Shown here piece after piece: positions 49,770 through 59,684 of a stretch of DNA of 64,000 bases. The notes beneath the pieces were generated by a model that saw nothing but the letters and a program-made list of their open reading frames with translations, made no database searches and was not told where the DNA came from. Within the stretch, counting starts at the first letter, position 1. Each line of letters opens with the position of its first letter. Origin of the DNA: Candidatus Geocrenenecus arthurdayi (GTDB lineage Archaea > Thermoproteota > Nitrososphaeria_A > Caldarchaeales > Wolframiiraptoraceae). Position numbers and translations under genes: made by a program. Location: positions 2,680 to 66,679 of the forward strand of contig JAKCEX010000002.1 of NCBI GenBank assembly GCA_023539395.1, given 5' to 3'.

Positions 49770-50579
49770 TTAGACCATGGATTCAGGGATACCATTGGGG
49801 CGAAAACTAATCTTTGGCTTCAGCCTCCTCATCTCCAAAAGCCTAATTACATGGGGGTAGAGTATAACATATTCTTCATCAATACATTTTGAGAGAAGTG
49901 GATGAATATTTGAAAGCTTTTCTTGGAGAAGCTCGTAATCTCTCTTTTCACTGAAGCTAAGCATTACAGCTGGATAAACTTGATCACACGGCTTTGCACC
50001 TACCTCGATAAGATTCTCTAGAGCTTTCAATTGTAGGTCAAAAAATTCTGGTCTAGCAAGAGTGATCTTATGGAAATCTTCTCTACAGCATCCTTTAAGA
50101 GAAACTCTAACAACCAAGTAATTATATTGTACTAGTTTTCTAGCGAAATCAGGGTCGTCCCCAATAATTAAACCATTAGTTTCTAAGACGAACTGTAACT
50201 TAGAGTTCTCCAATAATCTTGATAGTTCTAGAATGTGTTCTCTAGAGATTGTTGGCTCTCCTCCACTTAATCTAACCATTCTAAAACCTGAAGAATATGC
50301 AATATTTCTTAATTGCTGAAAAGATTGTCTTGGATTACAGTAGAATCCTTTAGCCATTATATGGCTTGCAGACTTCCAGCTCCAACACATACCACATCTC
50401 AAGTTACATCCTACAACATCCCCCGTAGCTATACCACCATACCATCTATCTTTCCTAAACCTGTAGTACCTCCTCTCTTCCACGTTATCAACCATCCTAA
50501 CAACTTTTTCTCTGATATATTCTGTTAACTTTAATGGATCGTACCCCTTCTCTATGCTTATTCCATTCATCTTTTTCAC
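49770..50579 (-). CDS. Small radical SAM enzyme (archaeal Fe-S oxidoreductase type)
   Basis: CxxxCxxC cluster motif GCNLRCGMCWSW preceded by RWYGGIATGD. The SGGEPT glycine-rich SAM motif is present. A GTG start overlaps the upstream stop (GTGA). An ATG lies 9 nt downstream. Confidence 0.8.
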   Translation of the reverse strand: MKKMNGISIEKGYDPLKLTEYIREKVVRMVDNVEERRYYRFRKDRWYGGIATGDVVGCNLRCGMCWSWKSASHIMAKGFYCNPRQSFQQLRNIAYSSGFRMVRLSGGEPTISREHILELSRLLENSKLQFVLETNGLIIGDDPDFARKLVQYNYLVVRVSLKGCCREDFHKITLARPEFFDLQLKALENLIEVGAKPCDQVYPAVMLSFSEKRDYELLQEKLSNIHPLLSKCIDEEYVILYPHVIRLLEMRRLKPKISFRPNGIPESMV

Positions 50580-51511
50580 CTTCTAAGTATTTTGAATGGA
50601 TCTTTCCCTTTACTCAAATATTTTGCACCGTAAAGATACGTAGCAGTCTGCAGCCATCCAGCAGCCACTCCAAATGATTTATACATCTTGTAAGTAATAC
50701 ATCTATCTATTATCTTACAATCATTGCTAATAAAACACTTTGAATATGCACAAAGGTTCTTCAGCGGTATTTTATCATCGGGATCAATTATGCCTAAAGC
50801 TTCACCGATTCTAAGTAAGTGTCTATCAACTTGGCTTAGACAGGTTAAGCCTAATGAGAATAACCCCCATCCATGAGCTATCTTGGGTCCACAATACTCT
50901 ACTGATAACAGCTTCTTACGAATCTCTAAGAATTTATTAAGAGAGTGAGATTCTACTGATAGATTATCTTTGAGTATAGATGTGAGTTTTCCTCTAACCT
51001 TGTTAAGCTGTCTAAGCTGGTAACTCCTACCTATATTGTTGAATCTTACATTGGATAGTTTATCTTCAGTCTCAGCTATCTTGAATATCTTCTTCACCCA
51101 GATAACCGTATTTCTATAGTAATCTGTATTCCGAGATAAGAAGACTGTATAGAGCATGCCAATCTTATCCCATGGATTGATGGCAATCCCTAGCCCAGGG
51201 AATACTTCTAGAAATTTCTCTAAGATCTTCCTTGCGTTCCTACTAGCATTAGCTATCTCTAAGTGGGGGTTAAACCATGCACCACTAAGCATTAATACTT
51301 CATTAGGGCTACCAAGATTAAATCTTAGAGTATCAGCTTCACATTCTATTCTTAACCCTCTATTCCATCCATAAAATTTTACGTATCCTCTACTATGTTT
51401 CTCAAAGAAAGGTAAAACAAAAGATGCATTAAGAGATTCATCGAGATTAAACTCTCTCCAGACTTCCACATATTGTCCATCTGGATTCAATTGCTTATCG
51501 AATATCACCAT
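50576..51511 (-). CDS. HhH-GPD superfamily DNA glycosylase-like protein (AlkA/Ogg-like) with a C-terminal Cys4 cluster
   Basis: Helix-hairpin-helix YCGPKIAHGWGLFSLGL followed by the catalytic-Asp context SQVDRHLLRIG. FLSRNTDYYRN resembles the SQNT motif. The C-terminus reads CAYSKCFISNDCKIIDRC. Confidence 0.65.
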   Translation of the reverse strand: MVIFDKQLNPDGQYVEVWREFNLDESLNASFVLPFFEKHSRGYVKFYGWNRGLRIECEADTLRFNLGSPNEVLMLSGAWFNPHLEIANASRNARKILEKFLEVFPGLGIAINPWDKIGMLYTVFLSRNTDYYRNTVIWVKKIFKIAETEDKLSNVRFNNIGRSYQLRQLNKVRGKLTSILKDNLSVESHSLNKFLEIRKKLLSVEYCGPKIAHGWGLFSLGLTCLSQVDRHLLRIGEALGIIDPDDKIPLKNLCAYSKCFISNDCKIIDRCITYKMYKSFGVAAGWLQTATYLYGAKYLSKGKDPFKILRR

Positions 51512-51726
51512 ATTCTTCTTTCACTAACCTCTAGAAATAAAAAATATGTGTACTTTGATTTATGCTTTCATGATAATGGATGCACTTAGAGAAATTCTTA
51601 ACAGCATAAATCTTATAGCGCTTAATAATAAGGCGCGCACTCAGAGAGGATAAAATTAATAGGGTAGAGGTCATGGTAAGGTGGCCCTCAAGAAGATTCA
51701 TAATAGATGTATTAGAGGACTCAATG

Positions 51727-52254
51727 TTAAATTCTAGGTATGGTTGGACCCCTCTGGTTTTGGTATCTACCACTATATGGTTTTTGAGTAGGTGAGGATA
51801 GTTTAACAAATACTATCTGAACTATCCTATCACCTCTACGTATCTTTACTGGGAAAGGTCCACCAATCAGCTCTATAGTTAATTCACCTTCAGAGCCTGC
51901 ATTCACTATCGTGGGAGGAATACTTAAGCCTAGCCTAGCATATGTACTCTTCAAGCTTACAAACCCCATAATATCCACTGGGAGTTTAAGATACTCGATA
52001 CTAGATAATAGGAGATGCTCTCTAGGCTTAACAATAAATTCTTTACAATCTTCTTGGATAAAGTATCCATTAATGTTTCCTATGTTCTCCAAGTCTAAGA
52101 CTTTCTTCTTATTTTTCAATCTAACAACTCTTCCATTCACTCTTAAATCTACGCTATTTGGTCCTATGAGGTTATTCTCAAAAACTTCTGAACTAGGTGT
52201 TATCAGCAGACCCCTTGAAACATACTCTATTATATCTCTATCACTAAGGATCAT
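51727..52254 (-). CDS. dcd: dCTP deaminase family (dCTP deaminase or bifunctional dCTP deaminase/dUTPase)
   Basis: MILSDRDI..., NSVDLRV, and C-terminal GDRIVQIVFVKL...PYSGRYQNQRGPT. Confidence 0.88.
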   Translation of the reverse strand: MILSDRDIIEYVSRGLLITPSSEVFENNLIGPNSVDLRVNGRVVRLKNKKKVLDLENIGNINGYFIQEDCKEFIVKPREHLLLSSIEYLKLPVDIMGFVSLKSTYARLGLSIPPTIVNAGSEGELTIELIGGPFPVKIRRGDRIVQIVFVKLSSPTQKPYSGRYQNQRGPTIPRI

Positions 52255-52581
52255 ACACTACACCTATCGTCTCTACCTCTACAAATTCTGTATAGAATAT
52301 AATTTAAAATTAAAGTTGGTCACAGTATTTACTAAAGCTTCTATTAGGTGGGCTTTTAGTAAGTAAGTAAAGAATCAACAAGCTATTAAGCTTAGACTCA
52401 TTAAAATAAAACGTTAAGCTGGGAGCTTCCAAATAGAGTTTTCATGTTTAAGTCTTTATTTATGGATGTTTTAGAAAGCGAGCCTAAACACACAGTTAAA
52501 TTAGATCCTTAACAGAATACTAAACCTCATAAGTATCAGATAGATTAATTTAATAATAATGTGTAGGATTCTTTTAGAGGA

Positions 52582-53493
52582 TTGACCTACACTTACCTAA
52601 TTAGATTGTTTGATCCTTGGAAGAGTAGTCTGTGTACTTGCCCAGTAAAGTATTCATTCGACCCATATACTGGATGTAGTCATAGATGCTTATATTGTTA
52701 TGCATCATCATACATAAAAGAGTTCTACAATTGTAGACCCAAGAAGAACCTCATAGAAATAGTTAGGAAAGATTTAGCGAAGCTTCCCAATAATGCTATT
52801 ATATCTATGTCGAATAGTTCTGACCCTTATCCTCCCTTAGAGAAAGAATTAAGACTTACGAGAAGATGTATAGAGCAATTTAAGAAGTATCCTGTAAGAT
52901 TACTTGTAATAACTAAGAGTGATATGGTTGTAAGAGATATAGATTTATTGGGAGAGATTGGAGCTGCAGTAACTATAACTATAACTACACCTGATGATTC
53001 TCTAGCTAGAAAGATAGAACCATCAGCTCCACCGCCTTCTAGAAGGATCCAAGCTTTAGCTAAGCTGTCTGAAGAAGGAGTTAATACAGGGTTAAGGCTA
53101 GACCCGTTAATACCCTTAGTAAATGATCATGGTTTTAGAGAATTGTTAATTGAAGCAAGAGATGTTGGTGTAAGACATGTTGTATCAAGTACTTTTAAGC
53201 CCAGGTTTGATAGCTGGAAAAGAATAATACAAGCTTTTCCTGAACTTGAAGAATCATTAAGGAAACTCTACATAATTGAAGGAGAGAGGATTGGGAGGTC
53301 TATGTATCTTGAAAAGAGTATTAGGTTTAAGATGATGAGAGAAATTGCTAAAGAATGTGCTAAGCTTGGATTACCCTTTGCAACCTGTAGAGAAGGCTTC
53401 CAAGAACTACATACTTCTCCGACATGTGACGGGAGCCACCTCATTAAAATCAATCAAACCTTAGATAAACAGCATCTAGACTTAATGTATTAA
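52582..53493 (+). CDS. Radical SAM protein, SplB-like (COG1533 'DNA repair photolyase' family)
   Basis: Cluster motif CSHRCLYCYA near the N-terminus. The 303-aa length and ISMSNSSDPYPPLE and RLDPLIP motifs are typical of the family. TTG start. Confidence 0.75.
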   Translation: MTYTYLIRLFDPWKSSLCTCPVKYSFDPYTGCSHRCLYCYASSYIKEFYNCRPKKNLIEIVRKDLAKLPNNAIISMSNSSDPYPPLEKELRLTRRCIEQFKKYPVRLLVITKSDMVVRDIDLLGEIGAAVTITITTPDDSLARKIEPSAPPPSRRIQALAKLSEEGVNTGLRLDPLIPLVNDHGFRELLIEARDVGVRHVVSSTFKPRFDSWKRIIQAFPELEESLRKLYIIEGERIGRSMYLEKSIRFKMMREIAKECAKLGLPFATCREGFQELHTSPTCDGSHLIKINQTLDKQHLDLMY

Positions 53494-54158
53494 GTGACTT
53501 CTATTACGTAGACTTTATACTTTATGAATTCTCTTCCAGCCCACCTCATATCTGGTGGATTCTCTTCATAATCTTCAAATGGATATCTTGCAACATAGTG
53601 TTCCTCCTCCTCAGTAACTGGATTATAGACTTTTTTATCTTCATCAATTATCCAGCCTCTGAAAGATATCTTTACCAAGCCTCTATTTTCTTTGATCTTG
53701 ATTTTAAAATATGACTGCTTAGCTTCACCTCCACTAATATAGTCTGTGAATACTTCAACCATGCAAACGTTAAGTGGTCTAGTTACTTCAAGCTCACTAG
53801 ATATGCCAATAATATGCTTGAAATCTGAAATATTGTATTCAACGATTTCTCCTCCATCAATAATTAATAAGACTCCTGCTGAGAGATCGTAACCCCTAAG
53901 GCTTGGCTCACTACTGTTATTAATTAGTTTTACTGAGAATTCCAAGATTGTACCATCGAGACATCCATCAATTCTTGCATTATTAACAATCTTAACTTTC
54001 CCATTCTTACAATATAATTCAACCTCTACGATTGGTCTAGGGAAGAATTCATCTTCATGTATAAAGATATTTATTGTAAAGTTTTGAGAGAATAGTAAAT
54101 AAATCAGTATTGATGTAAGTATTATGAGTAGTATCAACCTTGCCCTCATCTTTGCCAA
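53490..54158 (-). CDS. Membrane-anchored extracytoplasmic protein, unknown function
   Basis: N-terminal signal anchor (RLILLIILTSILIYLLF) followed by a beta-rich 190-aa domain. No motif was recognised. Confidence 0.4.
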   Translation of the reverse strand: MAKMRARLILLIILTSILIYLLFSQNFTINIFIHEDEFFPRPIVEVELYCKNGKVKIVNNARIDGCLDGTILEFSVKLINNSSEPSLRGYDLSAGVLLIIDGGEIVEYNISDFKHIIGISSELEVTRPLNVCMVEVFTDYISGGEAKQSYFKIKIKENRGLVKISFRGWIIDEDKKVYNPVTEEEEHYVARYPFEDYEENPPDMRWAGREFIKYKVYVIEVT

Positions 54159-54217
54159 CGTATTTAGTGTTGTGTGTTGATTATTTATTTCTTAAGGTTG
54201 TAAGTGTCAACGAGGTT

Positions 54218-55225
54218 TTATATCCATTTTTTCCTTCTAAAGTATAGTATCATCCATAAGCCTATCCCAGCCATAATTAAGAGTACTGCAGGGTACCCCC
54301 AGACCCATTCTAATTCAGGCATATACTTGAAATTCATACCATATATTCCCGCTATGAATGTTAGAGGCATGAAGACTGTAGCTATCATTGTTAAGATCTT
54401 CATAACTTCATTTAATCTATTGCTTACAGCCGAGAAGTATACATCAAGCATATCTGACAGCATTACCTGCAGTGTTTCAGTATTCTCTATAACTCTAACT
54501 GTATGGTCGTACAAGTCTCTAAAGTATGGTATAGTCTGGTTATCGATAAACCGGTGCCCAGTTCTCCCGAGCGTACCGATGACTTCCCTCAGAGGCCACA
54601 TATTCTTATTGAATTGGAGAAGCTGTCTCTTAAATCTATGGATTGCTTGAAGTGTACTTGATGTTGGATTAGTAGTTAACTCATCTTCTAATTCTTCTAA
54701 TCCGTCTTCTATCTCTTCTAAAACTAGAAAGTATCCATCGATTACTTCATCTATTATAAGATAAAGTAGATAATCAATACCCATCCTCCTAATTATGCCT
54801 CTTGAAGATTTTATCCAATCGATAATCTTCTGGATGGCCGTGTTTGTTTTCTCTTCTACCGAGATTAGGAAGTTTTCTCCAACAATTATGCTCATCTGCT
54901 CGGATAATAATTCCTTCTCCAATGGGTCAAACTGGAATATCCTTAGTACAATATATGTATAGTTATAGAATTCTTCAATCTTAGGTCTTTGGTCAGTGTT
55001 TAGGATATCTTCTAGAGTTAAAGGATGGATGTTAAACTTTTCAGCGAGTTTCGTTATTTTTTCTCTATCTAATAGACCACAGACTTTTATCCATGTAACC
55101 TTCGATTTATCAGTTAAAGCTGAAAATTGATTGATATCCTTAATAACATCTTCCCGATAGAAACCTTCACTATACTCTATCACTCTAACCTCCGTATCTC
55201 TAATGGTTGTCTCTCCTCTATTCAA
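54218..55225 (-). CDS. corA: CorA-family Mg2+/Co2+ transporter
   Basis: YGMNF signature between two C-terminal TM helices. A large N-terminal cytoplasmic domain is present. Confidence 0.9.
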   Translation of the reverse strand: MNRGETTIRDTEVRVIEYSEGFYREDVIKDINQFSALTDKSKVTWIKVCGLLDREKITKLAEKFNIHPLTLEDILNTDQRPKIEEFYNYTYIVLRIFQFDPLEKELLSEQMSIIVGENFLISVEEKTNTAIQKIIDWIKSSRGIIRRMGIDYLLYLIIDEVIDGYFLVLEEIEDGLEELEDELTTNPTSSTLQAIHRFKRQLLQFNKNMWPLREVIGTLGRTGHRFIDNQTIPYFRDLYDHTVRVIENTETLQVMLSDMLDVYFSAVSNRLNEVMKILTMIATVFMPLTFIAGIYGMNFKYMPELEWVWGYPAVLLIMAGIGLWMILYFRRKKWI

Positions 55226-55288
55226 CCAGATTACACCTTACGGATTGCTATGAATAATGGTATTAACCTTATTAAAAAGAGTATCCTG

Positions 55289-56152
55289 CTAATATTTCGC
55301 TACAATATAACCTGATAAAATTATCAGTGCGCCTCCTACGACTAGTTGAATAGAAGGTGTCTGACCTAGAAATAGAACACCAAAGATTGTTGCGCTCAAT
55401 GGTTCAAGATATGTTAAGATTACTGCTTTCTGTGCTTCTATCAACCCTAGTCCATGAAAATATATTGTTACAGCAAAAGCTGTATTAATGAAACCAATCA
55501 ACAATAGTAGTGGAAGAGCTTCTTCTCCAATATAAATTGTATGCAATGTTGAATAAACTATGATTGATAAAAATATTAATGTGAAAGAATAAGTGTATGA
55601 AGCTAAAATATAGCTGGGGTATTGCCTGCGGATCTTCTTAGAAATTAAGATAAAAATGGCATAACATAACCCTGATAACAATCCGTAGACTACTCCTAGG
55701 ATACTCATGCTTCCTCCATGAATCTGTTCATGAAATATTAGTATGACTCCTACCATAGATAATGTTAGGGATATGATGGCTGCTACTTTGATCTTTTCTT
55801 TCAGGAAGACTGGAGCTAGTAGCGCTACGAATATAGGAGCTAAGTAGTTTAGTAATACTGAAACTGCAATAGGGATTAGCTTCATTGAAGAGAATAAGAA
55901 TCCCCATCCTAGAGCATTCATAAGTCCATTAAAAATTAGCAGTCTCCACTCAATAGCTGCTTTAATGAATTCACTTCTTTTCACGGTAAAGGTTATCGGT
56001 GTTAATATCAATGTTGCTAGCAAAGTTCTGTAAAAAGCAATTAGAAATGGATCTGCTTGGATAAAATTGACTATTACACCATTCGACCCCCAGATAACTG
56101 CAGCAATACTTACAAATACGAAACCGACCACATTATTAAATCGTTGAGTCAC
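55289..56152 (-). CDS. EamA/DMT-superfamily transporter
   Basis: Ten TM segments arranged as two 5-TM EamA repeats. 287 aa. Confidence 0.85.
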   Translation of the reverse strand: MTQRFNNVVGFVFVSIAAVIWGSNGVIVNFIQADPFLIAFYRTLLATLILTPITFTVKRSEFIKAAIEWRLLIFNGLMNALGWGFLFSSMKLIPIAVSVLLNYLAPIFVALLAPVFLKEKIKVAAIISLTLSMVGVILIFHEQIHGGSMSILGVVYGLLSGLCYAIFILISKKIRRQYPSYILASYTYSFTLIFLSIIVYSTLHTIYIGEEALPLLLLIGFINTAFAVTIYFHGLGLIEAQKAVILTYLEPLSATIFGVLFLGQTPSIQLVVGGALIILSGYIVAKY

Positions 56153-56180
56153 TTTACCTTACCTGTGATGGATATCAAGG

Positions 56181-57146
56181 TTAGCCATTCTTATATTTGT
56201 CTTCGAAGAGTTCTCTATAAGATCTCGCTCTTCTACGTTGAGCTTCCAACTCTAAATCGAACTCTGTTCTGATACCCATTTTATTTAATTTCATGTTAGC
56301 TTCTATAATGTTTCTTGATTCTGAGACAGCTTTTGCAATCGGGCTAAGACTATAGGTTTTCTCCGTATTAAGGTAAAATGTTATCGTTGAGATGACCGAT
56401 GTTTCTACTTTGTAGAGGTCTTCTCTTATACCGATGCTTCCTTTAAACCCTCTAAATGATAATAATGCAATCCTGCTTACTTCACTAACCATGCCATCAA
56501 TTAGCTTTTCAAGCACCTCTACGTCTTCCTCAGTCATCCCATAAGCTCCAAGGTATCCCCCAATAGAAGCAATCTCTGAGAGATAACTCAGTATTTCTTC
56601 TAAAGATAATTCTCCATCACATCCTGCTGCGAATACTCCTATGAGGTTTCTATTCTTCATATAGTATAGTGATGCAAGCATTACTGAATCGCAGAGAGGA
56701 GACCTAAGATTTTTCTCAATTCCTCTAGCGAGTATGTCTCCTCCACCATCTACTCCTATTAGTAGGTTGGCTCCAAGTTTTGAGAGAGCTTCATCAAGCC
56801 CCTTAGCAGTCTTCTTAACACCCTTCGTAATATCTACTAAGACTACTTTTTCACTAAGCCTCTCAGATAAGTATGAAGCTTGGAGTTTTACGCCATCTTC
56901 TGTAACTGTATCTGGACCACCAATACATACAGTCTCAGACAGCTCCTCAATATTTACAAGTTCTTCTAATGGTCTTGGACCTGGTTTAGGATCTAGTATG
57001 AATCTTTCCCAAGCAACACATCCTATATACGCTTCTACCCCTAACCTCCTTAAGAAATTCCTAGTAGGTATAGTAGCGAATATATCTCCCCCTCCTCCAA
57101 TCCCTAGGACTAAAGCTCTATCACATTCCTCTAAATACCTGAACAA
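56181..57146 (-). CDS. Conserved archaeal protein, DUF1152-like
   Basis: LVLGIGGGGDIFA and a second GVDGGGDILA motif. The family name is recalled from memory, not searched. Confidence 0.5.
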   Translation of the reverse strand: MFRYLEECDRALVLGIGGGGDIFATIPTRNFLRRLGVEAYIGCVAWERFILDPKPGPRPLEELVNIEELSETVCIGGPDTVTEDGVKLQASYLSERLSEKVVLVDITKGVKKTAKGLDEALSKLGANLLIGVDGGGDILARGIEKNLRSPLCDSVMLASLYYMKNRNLIGVFAAGCDGELSLEEILSYLSEIASIGGYLGAYGMTEEDVEVLEKLIDGMVSEVSRIALLSFRGFKGSIGIREDLYKVETSVISTITFYLNTEKTYSLSPIAKAVSESRNIIEANMKLNKMGIRTEFDLELEAQRRRARSYRELFEDKYKNG

Positions 57147-57248
57147 TTTAACTCAATCATTTAAGATGTAACGTCTACTCTATAAATTCAATCTTGGTTG
57201 CCTATCCTTATATTTTTATCCTGCTTCATTACTCTTAGAGACTAGGAT

Positions 57249-57728
57249 ATGCGGAGAGAGGGGCGGAGACTTCTACCCTTCGTCCCATCTCCTAGAGACG
57301 TAGTTGAGAAGATGCTAAGTATAGCCGACCCCAAACCAGATGAACTACTAGTTGATCTTGGATCAGGAGATGGTAGAATAATATTATCGGCTGCAAAAGA
57401 TTATAGATGCTGGGCGTTAGGTATTGAGAAGAATGAAAATCTAGTAGAATTAACTAGGAAGAAGATCGCTAGCATGGGTCTAGATAAAGCAACAGTTTTA
57501 AGAGGAGACTTATATAGTTATGATTTTTCAGAAGCAGACGTACTTACACTATATCTACTTCCTGAGGTACTTGAAATACTGGTTCCGAAGTTCAAGAAAA
57601 TGAAGAAGGGTGCAAGAATAGTCAGCCATGATTATATGATTCCAGGTCTCAGCCCCTCCGAAATCTACGAATTAAGATCCATGGAGACTAGTAGACCACA
57701 TAGAATATATGTGTACTTAGTTAAGTAG
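57249..57728 (+). CDS. Small SAM-dependent methyltransferase resembling crenarchaeal protein lysine methyltransferase aKMT
   Basis: FVPSPRDVVEKML...LVDLGSGDGRIILSAAK...ARIVSHDY...HRIYVYLV parallels the ~160-aa aKMT architecture (VPTP...DLGxGDGRI...VSH...YLY). Confidence 0.6.
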   Translation: MRREGRRLLPFVPSPRDVVEKMLSIADPKPDELLVDLGSGDGRIILSAAKDYRCWALGIEKNENLVELTRKKIASMGLDKATVLRGDLYSYDFSEADVLTLYLLPEVLEILVPKFKKMKKGARIVSHDYMIPGLSPSEIYELRSMETSRPHRIYVYLVK

Positions 57729-57805
57729 CTAGGCACAGACTCTTTAGTCGCCCTCATTATGCTAAGGCGATGAAGTTGCAGTAAAGTGAAGAGTAAGAGT
57801 GGAGT

Positions 57806-58492
57806 CTAACGAGCAAATGTCTTCACAATACTTAGTAATGCTTTAATAGCTTCCTCAGCTTCTTCTCTAGATACTTTTCTACTCTTATTAATAATCTCAC
57901 TTAGCTTCTCTGTTAATATTTCTATCGGGTCTCTACCATATAATTCTATTCTTATCTTCTCTACCATGACTGGTTCAGGAGATATGAAAGCTCCTTTTAG
58001 AAGTAGTTCATCGTCTAGTTTAATGGCTTCTAGTAATCCAACATCTAGGTCTCCTAACCTAATCTTGTATAAGCTGTCTCCAGTTAATGTCTTACCAATT
58101 TCTTCTACGATGAGCCTACCTTCGATAATCTCTTTTACATGTCTTACTGCTTCTGCTACAACTTCATCTATCTTCTCCTTCGGTATCCTCTTGTATGCCT
58201 CGATCCTTAGATTATCATAATCCCATCTTAACTCTCTACCATAAACTTCATACTTAATATTTATTCTAACGACATCCAATTTATCTAACTTCAACTTCTC
58301 AACAAGGATATGATAGAGAAAGGTATTCAATTCTCTCGAAGCTCTAGCAACATCTTCCTTACTTAATTCTCCAGACTTAACCTTCTCAGCAAATTGTGCA
58401 AATAAAGCTTTCCTTAATTTATCAGCGTATGCTCCAGCTATCGTAAGCCCTGACCTAACCTCTCCCCTCTCCCCACCGTTTTCCATACCCAC
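57806..58492 (-). CDS. Conserved archaeal hypothetical protein (possibly DUF2258-like)
   Basis: SGLTIAGAYADKLRKALFAQ... Highly charged helical protein of 228 aa. Family assignment is from memory only. Confidence 0.4.
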   Translation of the reverse strand: MGMENGGERGEVRSGLTIAGAYADKLRKALFAQFAEKVKSGELSKEDVARASRELNTFLYHILVEKLKLDKLDVVRINIKYEVYGRELRWDYDNLRIEAYKRIPKEKIDEVVAEAVRHVKEIIEGRLIVEEIGKTLTGDSLYKIRLGDLDVGLLEAIKLDDELLLKGAFISPEPVMVEKIRIELYGRDPIEILTEKLSEIINKSRKVSREEAEEAIKALLSIVKTFAR

Positions 58493-58640
58493 TAAAAATA
58501 TATTGGTAGAAGTAGTAAATAGATTTTACTAAAATATTTTGGCCACTCTGAGGCTTAACTAGATCATCTGTAATCAGCACAACCCTATCGTTGAACTCTA
58601 TGTTGAAATCTTTTTATCTTAAAATGATTGATTTAACTTC

Positions 58641-59678
58641 ATGAATACCTTAAAGTCTCTCATAGAAATACTTGAAAAATCTACAAAAGTTTCAGTTATA
58701 GAAGAAGCAGAAGCTGCAGTAGTAGTATCTGAGAAGGGTGGAAGGATTATAGGAATATTCTTAGATAATTCGCCAAATCTTTTATGGGTTCATCCTAGAC
58801 TTGAAGAAGCTCTAGTTAGAGGTGAATGGAATATCGGGGGTCTAAGATTATGGGTCTCTCCTGAACGCAATTTCTTCTATGCTAACCCAGAAAAATTTGA
58901 AGAATGGTTCTGCCCAACAGGATTGGATCCTGCAGAATATAAATTAATGAAGACAGGCTACATGAGCCTCTTGTTAGAGAGTAGAATATCAGCATACGAT
59001 AATCTCCTGCATAGTAATCTCGAAGGCTTCATCAGGAGGGAGATTAAGTTACTGGAAGTAAGCAGGCGGCATCTTAAACTCTGGATACGTGAAGGAATTA
59101 TAGGAGAATACGTAAGCAGGGTTAATCCGTGGATTCTAGCCCAAGTACCTATAGGATTAAGAAATGTAGGTACTGTTCTTGTACCAGTCAAGAAGAAGTC
59201 TGAACCCATACACTATTTCACAATAATACCTAAAGATAGATTATACGTAGATAGTGACCATATCTCATTTAAGATAGATGGAGAGATGGTTACTAAGCTA
59301 GGTGTAAGACCTGAAGATTTGAGAGAGACTGGCAGAGGGGAGATAGCGTATATCACGTAGATAAGTAAAAAGCTTTGGTCAGCTCTAATCTTGTCATCAT
59401 CCAGCCTACCTATAAGCCAAGAAGATTGTTTAGATACTCCAAAATACAATCCTGAAGGGTATAGAGCAGCAATACAATCATATAATTCTGGACCAGAGTC
59501 TTTTCCAGACGTAAAATTCGGAGAAATAGAACTACAACTCACACCTACAATGAATATTAATGGAAGAATATTTGGAACAGTTGAGTATAACTTGACAGCT
59601 TTAATAGGAAGCCGTGAAGAATTGCTAGGTAAAGTAAAAAGGTTACTGAAGATTAGGAAGCCGAAGATCTATCAGTAG
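58641..59678 (+). pseudogene. Mutarotase/supersandwich-like protein interrupted by one in-frame TAG (59358-59360)
   Basis: Track ORFs 58641..59360 and 59391..59678 are in the same frame. Only the TAG separates them, and no other stop occurs. The N-part has NIGGLRLWVSPE and the C-part has QSYNSGPE...FGEIELQ, which look like two halves of one domain. Confidence 0.6.
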
Positions 59679-59684
59679 TTATTC

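Noticed and set aside
51531-51809. A 92-aa ORF overlapping the 3' end of dcd on the minus strand.
   Set aside because: It overlaps dcd in another frame and runs into the intergenic region. It has no recognisable motifs and a low-complexity composition.
59358-59360. The in-frame TAG as a pyrrolysine codon.
   Set aside because: Pyrrolysine decoding is known from methanogens and a few bacteria with pyl genes. Nothing in this crenarchaeal-like window suggests that machinery, so a pseudogene, a sequencing error or read-through are more parsimonious.
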